A stretch of DNA of 63,087 bases, filler included, from Octopus bimaculoides (lineage: Eukaryota): the NCBI RefSeq assembly GCF_001194135.2. It is 8 parts of 8 records of this genome, joined end to end, with 100 filler letters (N's around TTAATTAATTAA, not from the genome) between each part and the next. Parts side by side here need not be neighbours in the genome. Positions count along the whole stretch, not along the records: positions 1 to 19,443 come from NC_069006.1; positions 19,544 to 26,255 come from NC_069004.1; 6 more parts are not named here. One strand, written 5' to 3'. The notes beneath the pieces were generated by a model, which saw only the letters and a program-made list of their open reading frames with translations, ran no database searches and was not told where the DNA came from. The position numbers and the translations under genes were made by a program. How positions within the stretch are numbered: position 1 is the stretch's first letter; each line of letters opens with the position of its first letter. Positions 10,986 through 21,699 of the stretch are shown here, in pieces.

Positions 10986-11705
10986 AGTTATGTAATATAG
11001 AAACAAGATAACTTATCTTGTCTTTTACTACTTTTACTTGGTCAGCATTTGCACTAAAAGTACATTAATTCCCGACTATTTTGAGAAAATAAAACACTAA
11101 AGCACAAAAGCAGAATTGGGGTTTGTTAGAAATGAGGTCATGAGAGGATTGGCATAACAATCATATGTAATTGATATGAGAGGATTGGCATAACAATCAT
11201 ATGTAATTGATATGAGAGGAAAAATTATATCCATCCCAGTATTCTTAATGTTAAGTCACGCATAACAATACAGAGAATAGAGTTACCAGATATAGAAGCC
11301 TGTCATATATGTATGTATGTATGCATGTATGTACTTGTGTGTGTGTTTGTGTTTGTCCTCCCACCATCACTTGACAACTGATGTTGGTGTGTTTACATTC
11401 CTGTAACTAAGCGGTTCAGCAAAAGAGACCAATAGGATAAGTACTAGGCTTACAAAGAATAAGTCCTGGGGTCGATTTGTTTGACTAAAGGCGGTGCTCC
11501 AGCATGGCCACAGTCAAATGACTGAAACAAGTAAAAGAACAAAAGAAAGAAGAAATGTAAGCATTTTATACATAAAGCACAGCCGTACATATACATTCAT
11601 ACAGACCTGCTTGCATGTATACATACACACATACATATATATATACTTGGATTTACTCCAAGTCACAATACTGCAGTGATCATCATGAGATGTGCATCAG
11701 TTTAA

Positions 11706-11922
11706 CCCTTTAGCATTCAGATTGATTTATCAAATATAATGCTTGTTTATCTACATTGTTTTAAAATTACATATTATCCTGTAGCTTCAAGATTTTGAAG
11801 ATATGATCATTTATTTTTTGAACGACATTGTAGGGTAAGTGGGAGAGGCTCGATCTGGCCAGTTTGAACATAAAACTGGTAGAACATTTGGGCTGGATAT
11901 GGCCAGTTTAAATGCTAAAGGG
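11706..11922. mobile_element. piggyBac-type MITE (second copy)
   Basis: Same termini as 8094-8313; TTAA at 11702-11705 and 11923-11926. Confidence 0.8.
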
Positions 11923-12636
11923 TTAAAGCCAACTGCAGCAATATCAATTATTGCGTGAAATATGAATCAACAACAAGCTATTTATTCATTTATTTTAATT
12001 CATGAAAAAAACCCCAAAAGATTGAAAAACCCAAATTGAAATACCAATGACCCTCTGTAGCAGAGATTCTCAACCATTTTTCTTTACTTATGAACCCCTT
12101 TGATTGCTATCTTATTTTGGTGAACCCTCCTTAGCCATTTGATGTCTAAAAATTAGTTTTATAGAAACTTCTTTCAAAATTCCTCTAATACACAAATTGC
12201 TTTGAACTCAAATAACCCTTTTATAAATGACCCTTTTTATCAGATATGGGCAACCTTTTCTGAGCAGCAGGTCACATGAGAGGTGGCTCATCTTGAGGTG
12301 AGCCACACTACAAAAACATTAAAAATAATTTTTCATTAGCCATGTCATTCAGAAGACTGGTGGCTGCCAGTTGCTCATGTCTGCTTTTAAAAAATGTTCT
12401 TTTTATTAATGACCATTCATATATACAGGTGACTTGTATACTTGTATACATCTTGGCCATGTGTACCATTGACTCTTCACAGAATACAAACAAAATCATC
12501 CCCAAAATATATAATATAAAGAACCCTGAAAAATTGTTTCTAAAGTAGCAGCAAGTTTCAGGTCACTTATATTAATTAATACACTAAATAATACACTATC
12601 AATATAACTTTATTTCCTTTCTTTTTAAAGGACTTA

Positions 12637-12736
12637 TTAGAATTCAGGCAAGATTTTTCCATTTTTATTTTCTTTACTTTTCCAATCTCTTATAGCAGCA
12701 GATACATCAAGGAACTTGAACTCTGGGACTTCCTTG
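12637..12736 (-). CDS. RmlD-like copy 2 terminal exon (KEVPEFKFLDVSAAIRDWKSKENKNGKILPEF*)
   Basis: 77/100 nt identical to 9129-9228; same length and stop position. Confidence 0.88.
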
Positions 12737-13707
12737 CTGAAAATAGAAATAAAAAAATTCATGTGTTTATATAATGTTTTTATGAGGATGTGCTGAAAAG
12801 CTCCTAGCTTTAAGGATATTGCGAAGGGCCTGGTTGCAGGCCCAACATTCCAAGTTCTTTTACAGGGCTTTGAAAAACTGAAGGACCACTGCAATAAGTG
12901 TGTGAGTCTGAGAGGGGAACATGTTGAATAATATCATAATTAACTGATTCTCCTGCATCTTCTTTCACCCAAAACCAGGAACTTTTCAGCACCTCCTTGT
13001 AGTATATTTCATGCAATATATCCTCCAACATACTGTCATCATCATCATTTAACGTCCATTGTCCATGCTGGCATGGGTTGGACGGTTTGACAAGGTCTAG
13101 TAAGCTGAGGAGCTGCACCAGACTCTAGTCTGATTTGGCATGGTTGGATGTCAAATCAGTTGGATGTCCTTCCTAATGCTAACCACTCTAGGAGTGTAAT
13201 AAGTGCTTTTACGTGCCACTGCATCGGTGTCAGTTTGCATGAACCAATATCTGCCACTACTATGATTTCACCCAGTCAAGTACTGGCCTTGTGCTAGAAT
13301 TAGAAAGACTCATCATAAGTGTTGTTGTTATTATTATCATTACTATTATTATTAATATTATTATTATTGTACATGGCTGTGTTAGTAGTTATGAAGAATT
13401 GGTGAAAGTGTATGTCAAAGAAAGAATATACTTACCGAAATTTTGCTGTGGACAATGCTGCAAAATACGGCCTTTTGGCAGGTAATTTGAGTTCTTCTGA
13501 TGACATTGGAACTAACAATGAAGTATCAAGATTGAAGAGTTCAGCCTGAAATTAGTGAAAGATAAATCTTTTACTCAATAATAGATCAAGTAAACCTTCA
13601 AGGTAAAAACAAAAGCCATTTATCACAAGGCATTATTAAATGACACATCATTCCATCTATCTATCTGCCTCTATAATATATACATATATATATATATATG
13701 ATGATAT

Positions 13708-13739
<32 letters not shown>

Positions 13740-16700
13740 CATCATCATCATCACCATCATCATCATCATCNNNNNNNNNNNNNNNNNNNNNNNNNNNNNN
13801 NNNNNNNNNNNNNNNNNNNNNNNNNNNNNNNNNNNNNNNNNNNNNNNNNNNNNNNNNNNNNNNNNNNNNNNNNNNNNNNNNNNNNNNNNNNNNNNNNNNN
13901 NNNNNNNNNNNNNNNNNNNNNNNNNNNNNNNNNNNNNNNNNNNNNNNNNNNNNNNNNNNNNNNNNNNNNNNNNNNNNNNNNNNNNNNNNNNNNNNNNNNN
14001 NNNNNNNNNNNNNNNNNNNNNNNNNNNNNNNNNNNNNNNNNNNNNNNNNNNNNNNNNNNNNNNNNNNNNNNNNNNNNNNNNNNNNNNNNNNNNNNNNNNN
14101 NNNNNNNNNNNNNNNNNNNNNNNNNNNNNNNNNNCGGTACTGGCAATGGTCACGCTCAGGATGGTACATCTTATGTGCCACCCGCACAAGAGCCAGTCCA
14201 GGGGCACTGGCAACGATCTCACTTGGCTTGCCGGGTCTTCTCGCGCACAGCACATTTCCAAAGGTCTCGGTCAGTAGTCATCGCCTCGGTGAGGCCCAAT
14301 GTTCGAAGGTCTTGCCTCACCACCTCAGCCCAGGTCTTCCTGGGCCTACCTCTTCCACGGGTTCCCTCAACTGTTAGGGAGTGGCACTTTTTCACGCAGC
14401 TATCCTCATTCATTCTCACCACATGTCCAAACCAGCGCAATCGTCTCTCTTGCACACCACTACTGACGCTTCTTATATATATATATATGAAGAGTTCGGT
14501 TATGAGAGCAGAAAAAGTATTGTGTCTACACCAATAGTACCATATTAGAATGCTTTTAAATAAAATGTACCAACTTACAATCTTCACACCAAATGTGTAT
14601 TTGTTGAATGCCTCTGGTCCTACAACGTGGTAGATTCCTGAACAGTTTTTCTCCATCAGCTCAAGTGTGGCCCTACACAAATCAATACTGTAAATTGGAC
14701 ACTGGATCTATGAATAAACAAATATACAAATATGTAAATAATAGACAAATATTAAACAAGAAAAATAGATTAACACAAAACCTGAGGGAACTACTGATGT
14801 TCTGTCTCAGTAAATAATAACCACAAACAGTTTATAGAATGGGATAAATTATTTTGGTATTCTGAGTAGAAACCTTTGTCACTCTCTGTTGAAGAGTTCT
14901 CTAAACCATAAGACATCTCTTCATCACAGTAAATAGGGCTCAGTCTCACGTCCCCCCCCCCCAACTCTGTTTATTATAATTCTCCATTCCATAATACAGG
15001 ACAAGTTCAAGACTGAATGCCTGACAACAGCAGAGATCAATATCGTCATTCTTTAACATCCATTTTCCATGCTGGCATGGGTTGGCTGGTCATGCAGGCA
15101 TGTGTTCTTGTAGCTAAATTGAGGAATTCAAAGAAAGATTCCAAATGCAAAAGCAGAGTCCAGGAACCAGAGGTCTAAAACTAAACCTTGCAAAGAAAAA
15201 AAAAACGTTTAATAAGGAAGAAAATTGAAAATTATACTGTCATCTGAGAAGAGGCTTTGTTTAATATGCAGAATAGGAGTATAGCAAGAATATTTCTCTC
15301 CCTATACCCAACGTAAACTATGGGTTCACAAGAGATTCAATAGGATCACAGACAGGCTGATAGAGGATCATTTCATATTTAGTAACCAATGTGCTGTAGT
15401 AGTGTGGTTATGAAGGGCAGAAAAAGTGTCTTACCATGAGCTGGCAAATGACTTCAAAAAGGAAACTATTCAAATTCTGACTGAAATTTATCCTGTCACC
15501 TTATGACACTTTCTGTACTCAACCTCCTGGTCAAAAACCTAGAATACACAAGGACTCCATCTGCATGTCTGTTCTCTCTGGTTGACTTTCTATCGTCCAA
15601 ATAATGGTATTTCTATTTCATTACCTGGGATCACTTCCAGCACATCGTCCCCTAATGTTTTCCTTCACTCCTGACACATCACCCACTGGGCCACAAGTAA
15701 TTAGCAGTAAAATCTATTATAAAATAAATCCTTTAAAATATTCAGAAATTCGTTAGATGTAATTGATAGATTCTGTCACCGAGATGACTTTACCAGCAGA
15801 GGAGGAGGGTGTTTTAAAAAGGATAGCTATCAGAAAGTAAGAAAGGGGTAAAAAAAAAAAAAAGGGATTCTTTCTTTGAGTGAACAGCAGATTATGTGAG
15901 ACTTGTATATCAAGTGTTATCTTACATCGTAGAGAAACAACTGTCAAGAAATTATCCTCAAATTATAAATTAACAAGTGAAAAAGTAAAAAAAAAAAAAA
16001 AAGGTAGTTTAAAGTGAAGAATATGGAATTTTACTTCATCTGTAAGCAGCGTCATCTTATTCCCAGCCAGAAGATTCCCTATAACTTGGTACACAAAATT
16101 CCTTTTTTTGCTATCTTGTCCATACACACCCTGGAAAAGTCACATTAAATCACATTAAAATCTTGACAACAAACAACAACATATCTCATTAATAAATGTT
16201 TGCTCAATTGACCATACCAGTGAAGTCTTCTGTCTTACACACTATATTTGTTACCTCTTATGTCCATCAAGAAAAGACACACAAAGGACATAGATATGCA
16301 CACCCCTCCTCACTTATCAACCAAACATCATCACAATTTCAACACCTTATCAGAGTCAATGATTAGTTTTTAATACTGCAGTATGCTCAATAACCAATGA
16401 ATAAATCTGGTGAATGAATGTAGATACTATTGAAATCTAATCCAATCCATGGAGGAAAACTCCATGAGTTCAATCTTCAGGTGTGTCTCAATGAAAAAAA
16501 GTTTACCCCATACTCACCGAAGTGCGTATAATTAAGACATTGGTGTCAACATCTTGGAATATTTCTTCAGAGGCCAGTTTAGCTTTACCATAGACATTCA
16601 CACTGTTGGGAGGAGCATCTTCCTTTATACCAATATCATTAGCTACAAAGAAAGGAATATCAAATATTATTTAAAACACTTTCACAGTCCACAAGTACAT

Positions 16701-18527
16701 CTGTTGCTAGGATGTTGCACTCATGACTTCTAGATTGTGGTTTCAATTCCTGGACTGGTCGGTGCGTTGTGTTCTTGAGCAAAACACTTCATTTCACGTT
16801 GCTCCAGTCCACTCAGCTGGCAAAAATGAGTAACCCTGTGACAGACTGGTCTCCCATCCAGGTGGGGCATATATACGCCATGGAAACCGAGAAACCAGCC
16901 CTATGAGTCTATATGACTCGGAAAGGAACTTTACTTTTACTTAAGAAGGTATAGATCTAAATACTAACCTAACATATCGATTCTGTCTTGGGGTAAATCT
17001 GGTTTGAGAGGGTCACTGAAGATATAATTGGTTGAGAAGAAGATCAACTTGGCACCATGCTTTTTGGTTTGTTTCCCTAACTGTTCAATACTGTCTCGGT
17101 TAATAAGATAAGCCTGCAATGAACAAACATGAAGAGCAAGGTATTAGAAGAATGAACATGAATTAGGGAAAATATGGGGAAAGGTAAAGGGGATTACAGN
17201 NNNNNNNNNNNNNNNNNNNNNNNNNNNNNNNNNNNNNNNNNNNNNNNNNNNNNNNNNNNNNNNNNNNNNNNNNNNNNNNNNNNNNNNNNNNNNNNNNNNN
17301 NNNNNNNNNNNNNNNNNNNNNNNNNNNNNNNNNNNNNNNNNNNNNNNNNNNNNNNNNNNNNNNNNNNNNNNNNNNNNNNNNNNNNNNNNNNNNNNNNNNN
17401 NNNNNNNNNNNNNNNNNNNNNNNNNNNNNNNNNNNNNNNNNNNNNNNNNNNNNNNNNNNNNNNNNNNNNNNNNNNNNNNNNNNNNNNNNNNNNNNNNNNN
17501 NNNNNNNNNNNNNNNNNNNNNNNNNNNNNNNNNNNNNNNNNNNNNNNNNNNNNNNNNNNNNNNNNNNNNNNNNNTATATGCACACACACACATATGCAGA
17601 CACACATACGCACACACCTACCCACACACAAAGACGAAGGTAACTATTTCAATAACAATAACAACAACAACAACATTAAAACCAACTAAGCAACAATAAA
17701 TTAGAGTGCAACAAACCAATTCTTTTTCTGATTCACACAAGTTTGCATTGACCATGGCCCCACATACAATGACCACATGGGGTTTGCAGGCATCCAAAAG
17801 CAGATCCACGTATGCTGGGTCCCTGTAATAAAAACAGATTGGAGATTAGTGCATTACACTGTTGTTACCTGCAATACAAAAGGCAGCTGGATTAGGAAAA
17901 TCTCTTTCCATAAACCCAGTGATGATTTGTAGACGGAAAGTTTCAACAAAAGTTCACCATCAAAGATCAGCTCCGAGCAGAATGTAAAACATTCACACAG
18001 AGACTCAGAGGGACATATGAGCACACACACGCACACAAACAACATGCACACACACACACACACACAAACAACATGCACACACACACACACACACAAACAA
18101 CATGCACACACACACACACACACACATGTATGTGTGCTCACACACAAGCACACATCCATGTGTGTGTGTGTTAGTTTTAGTTTCTTTAAGTCATGTAAAA
18201 GAACTCAGAAAGTTGGGCCTCCAACCAGGCCTTTTGCAATCCCCTTAAAGCCAGAAACTTTTCAGCAACCCCTCATATTGTGTGTAATGGAGGCATACTG
18301 GCAGTGCTGAGTCTAACTGTGAAAGGATATATTTTCTAATGGTGTAATAGTATACATCATACAAATAGAATTCCAAAATATCATAGAAAAATTTAGGAAA
18401 AAAACCCAACTAAAACCTATTTTCAAATCAAATTTGTAATGTTGAGGATCATTATCTGTGTAGCAAGTGCCAATAACTACGTATTTGTCACTGCGTTCTT
18501 TTAGCAGCCTGTAGAATGTACTTCCAA
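12637..18527 (-). CDS. rmlD: RmlD-family paralog, copy 2; 5'-partial, possibly a recent pseudogene; exons 18527..~18421, 17822..17717, 17113..16969, 16642..16518, 16130..16035, 14707..14579, 13545..13436, 12736..12637
   Basis: The last seven exons have the same lengths, phases and GT-AG sites as copy 1, an open frame, STNYIF and YGKAK. The first recognisable exon lacks 11 nt that include the G of the canonical donor. Confidence 0.82.
12781..13002 (+). mobile_element. Mariner deletion derivative (MITE) in the last intron of copy 2
   Basis: TIRs GTGCTGAAAAGCTCCTAGC / CCAGGAACTTTTCAGCAC; retains the transposase C-terminus LLQGFEKLKDHCNKCVSLRGEHVE*. Confidence 0.8.
13436..13545 (-). CDS. RmlD-like copy 2 exon (AELFNLDTSLLVPMSSEELKLPAKRPYFAALSTAKFR)
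   Basis: 109/110 nt identical to 8817-8926. Confidence 0.9.
13739..14474 (-). mobile_element. 5'-truncated RTE-clade LINE with (GAT)n tail inserted in a copy 2 intron
   Basis: Minus-strand translation QERRLRWFGHVVRMNEDSCVKK...GRGRPRKTWAEVVRQDL...DRDLW*; interrupted by an N gap; absent from the homologous copy 1 intron. Confidence 0.88.
14579..14707 (-). CDS. RmlD-like copy 2 exon (IQCPIYSIDLCRATLELMEKNCSGIYHVVGPEAFNKYTFGVKI)
   Basis: 124/129 nt identical to 8436-8564. Confidence 0.9.
16035..16130 (-). CDS. RmlD-like copy 2 exon (GVYGQDSKKRNFVYQVIGNLLAGNKMTLLTDE)
   Basis: 93/96 nt identical to 6921-7016. Confidence 0.9.
16518..16642 (-). CDS. RmlD-like copy 2 exon (ANDIGIKEDAPPNSVNVYGKAKLASEEIFQDVDTNVLIIRTS)
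   Basis: 108/125 nt identical to 5383-5507; YGKAK intact. Confidence 0.9.
16969..17113 (-). CDS. RmlD-like copy 2 exon, identical to 4049-4193
   Basis: 145/145 nt identical. Confidence 0.8.
17717..17822 (-). CDS. RmlD-like copy 2 exon (DPAYVDLLLDACKPHVVIVCGAMVNANLCESEKEL)
   Basis: 98/106 nt identical to 2654-2759; same splice sites. Confidence 0.88.
18421..18527 (-). CDS. RmlD-like copy 2, first recognisable exon (xGSTFYRLLKERSDKYVVIGTCYTDNDPQHYKFDLK); donor disrupted
   Basis: TTTCCAG acceptor; 81/107 nt identical to the copy 1 exon by manual count. Confidence 0.75.
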
Positions 18528-19144
18528 CTGGAAATAAAGAGATAAATAGTGTAGAGAACATTACAAATATCTATTATAATAAAAGTGAAAGTCAGTCTGT
18601 CTGGGACCCCTGTATCTCAGTCTACATTTGCTCTACATATTATACCTTTTTGGAATCAGGATGATCCCTGGATAGAAAATTTGCCTTTCCTTTGGGATTT
18701 GATTTAAAAGCATTTGTGTTGCTATTTCTAGCAGGAAAGCTTAGCTGATTCATGCCTTCTTGGTTGGCATTTGTCAGATGACACCAGAGATCAAGGGAGA
18801 GATAAATGACATGGTTATAACCGACAGAGTGCCAGTTAAGTATCAAATATATTTTAAGTGTAATTCCTTACCACATTATGTCTCCCTGAATGCCCCTTTA
18901 ACCCCCATTACTTATGTTTGTCTCCTACTATTTCCATCCCCATGTATTTCTGACTTCAGCATTGAGCATCTCTCACATACTACCCACACTTCCCATCACC
19001 TATGCTGCCTCTTACTGCCTCCACCTTCTCACCCACACCCCCCAAAAAAGCCTCTGGTAATTCACCATGGACCATGGCTCCACCTGTATCCACCATTCAC
19101 TGGCCTTCACCTCTAGCCATCTTTATCCATCTACCACTCTCCTT

Positions 19145-19420
19145 CTAAACCCATCAACTCATGACCCCTTTAATTTCATAGTTAAAGGAGAAAAGAGAAT
19201 CACCCTCCTTACCAATGACCTTTAAAGATAGTCACCTCCCCCACTCTTGACCTTTGAAGAAAATCACTGGCTCATTGGTCCTTATCAATTCGTCTAACCC
19301 ATCAACTCGTCACCCCTTTAATTTCACAGTTGAAGGATAAAAGAGAATTGTCCTCCTTGCTACTGACCTTTAAAAATAGTCACCTCCCCACCCTCTTGAC
19401 CACTGAAGAGAATTGCCTAC
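19145..19420. repeat. Imperfect direct repeat, period about 149 bp
   Basis: Units start CTAAACCCATCAACTC (19145) and CTAACCCATCAACTC (19294). Confidence 0.75.
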
Positions 19421-19443
19421 CTGGATCTGTAAAGAGTATCTCC

Positions 19444-19543
19444 NNNNNNNNNNNNNNNNNNNNNNNNNNNNNNNNNNNNNNNNNNNNTTAATTAATTAAN
19501 NNNNNNNNNNNNNNNNNNNNNNNNNNNNNNNNNNNNNNNNNNN
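19444..19543. other. Synthetic assembly spacer 44N-TTAATTAATTAA-44N (also 26256-26355, 29150-29249, 52474-52573, 54796-54895, 57194-57293, 59826-59925)
   Basis: Identical 100-bp structure seven times; the 12-mer encodes stops in all six frames. Confidence 0.95.
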
Positions 19544-19893
19544 TGACAACGTTTCTCTAAAAGAAATGGAAAAACTTTCAAAATACAAAGACCTGGAAAT
19601 AAGGATAACTCGAATGTGGAGTCTAAAAACAGAAACAATTCCTATCATAGTAGGTGCCTTAGGTATAATAAAAAAAATATTCAGACAAATACATAACAAA
19701 AACACCAGGACTTACAAATATATATAACATACAGAAAATTGCACTACTGGGTACTGCACACATTCTACGCAAAACACTTTCAATACAGTAAACATAAGAG
19801 CACCACAGCAAACCACAGCACATACCCAAGGCGCACAGAGCTGCGCTCGGTAGTGAAGTGAAAGCACGTTATAATAATAATAATAATAATAAT
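19544..19893 (+). mobile_element. 3' end of an RLE-type (R4/Dong-like) non-LTR retrotransposon with (TAA)n tail
   Basis: Translation KEMEKLSKYKDLEIRITRMWSLKTETIPIIVGALG...IQKIALLGTAHILRKTLSIQ* (KxxKY motif). Confidence 0.85.
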
Positions 19894-19909
19894 AATGATG
19901 ATGATTGAA

Positions 19910-21402
19910 CTTAACAGACCAGGGTATCGTTACAAAATTGGTGACAAGAAAATAATCTATTTTATATGGATGACTTAAAACTGCATGGCAAAGACGATAA
20001 TTAACTATTACGTACTGTGAAAGCATTCAGTGATGATATGGGTTTGGAATTTGGTCTTGATAAATGTGCCAAGGCCACTTTCCAGAAAGGGAAATTGAAG
20101 ACTTCACATTCAGTGGTATTAGAATATTGACACAGTTATAAAAGAACTAGAGCAGGAACAAACTTACAAAAACCTCAGAATAAATTAGGGCTCTGGCATT
20201 TAGCATGCAAGCATGAGAGGAAGGAGTGTCACAGAAGAGTTCGAGCAGTCTTAAAATCCGAGTTTAATGTACGTAACAAAGTGTTGGCTATAGATTTCTT
20301 GGTGGTTCCAGTTGTTATTTACAGTTTCAATGTGTTAAATTGGAACATGAGTGAAATGCAGATTAACAGGAAAATACGTAAGCTGCTGACTTGCAATAAG
20401 ATGCACCACCCAGGGGCAGACGCTAATCGTCTTTACCTTTCCAGAGCTCAAGGAGGTCGAGGCTTGACCCACTTTGAAATCTCTTACAAAACCACCACGA
20501 CTGGACTGGCAAAATATCTTGAAACATCTAATGATTGGATGCTAAAATTCGCTGAAAACCGCAAGAAGCAGAAGAAGCTTCATTCCGTCATGAAGGAGAG
20601 CAAAGAATTTGCTAGTGAGTTTATGCATAAATACCCAGGTTGAACAGCAAGATGGAAGTGCAGTGACTGTAATTGAAAAGAAGGTGAAATCAATAGCAAA
20701 GCAAAATGCGTTTGAACAATTGGCTGACAGGTGAGAACAAAAACCTCTGCATGGCAAATATATGGCCCGTAGCAAACAAGCTGATGTAGACCAGAAGTAC
20801 ACGCATCAGTGGCTACGGAGCTCAGAGCTAAAGGCAGAAGGCGAAGGTTTTATCTTGGCTGTTCAAGATCAGAGCTTATTGACCTGGAACTATCAAAACT
20901 GGAGTAGACCCAAAGTGCCGATGCTGCAACGACGAGATTGAAACTGGAGCACCTAATCTCTGGGTGTAAGGTTTTAGTACTTGTAGAGTACAAATCAAGA
21001 CAAAGTTAGTCAATATCTACAGCGGATAATACGTCGGCATTATAAAATCAAAACCGCTGACAAATGGTACAAGCACCACCCTGAGGCTGTAACAGAGGGA
21101 GGAAATGTAACGATTCTTTGGTGTTTTCCTGTATGTACAGACCGGGCCACCAAAGCTAATAAACTGAATATTGTCGTGAAAGACCAAAAACAATAAAGTC
21201 TGTTTATTGATTGACATGAGCATTCCATGTGACCATAATATCTCGGCAGAAGAATTTGGAAAGTGATTGTAGGAACACTTGGAATGATCAAAAAGGGAAC
21301 TGGAAATTATTTGAGAATGATCCCTGGCTTATCCGTACAAGAAGTGCAAAAGATTGTTTTAACTGGTACGTCAAACATATTAAGAAGAACATTGTCGCTA
21401 TG
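19910..21402 (+). mobile_element. Decayed RLE-type (R4/Dong-like) LINE, RT to endonuclease
   Basis: YMDD at 19963-19974, GGRGL, QDQSL, Cys-His knuckle remnant and VIVGTLG...VQKIVLTGTSNILRRTLSL*; many frameshifts and stops. Confidence 0.88.
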
Positions 21403-21699
21403 AATTTTCTTTCCCTTTTTCCTTTGCTTTCCTTTTTTATTTCATTTTTCTGTTTTCTGTTTTCTATTTCTTCTGTTTTCCTTTTTTCTTTCTTTCTTTT
21501 CCCTTTTTTCTATCACATAAGTTGACTTTGTAAATGAACAATCTGGTGTGTTTATTTTAAAAACCTACAAATGCATACAGTAAGTTTCTTTACCTTACGT
21601 ATCGGGAAAACACACAGCAAGAAATGGAAAAAATTGTAAGAACAAAATAATAATAATAATTTCCAATTATTGCTGGCACAAGGCCAGCAATTTCGCTCA

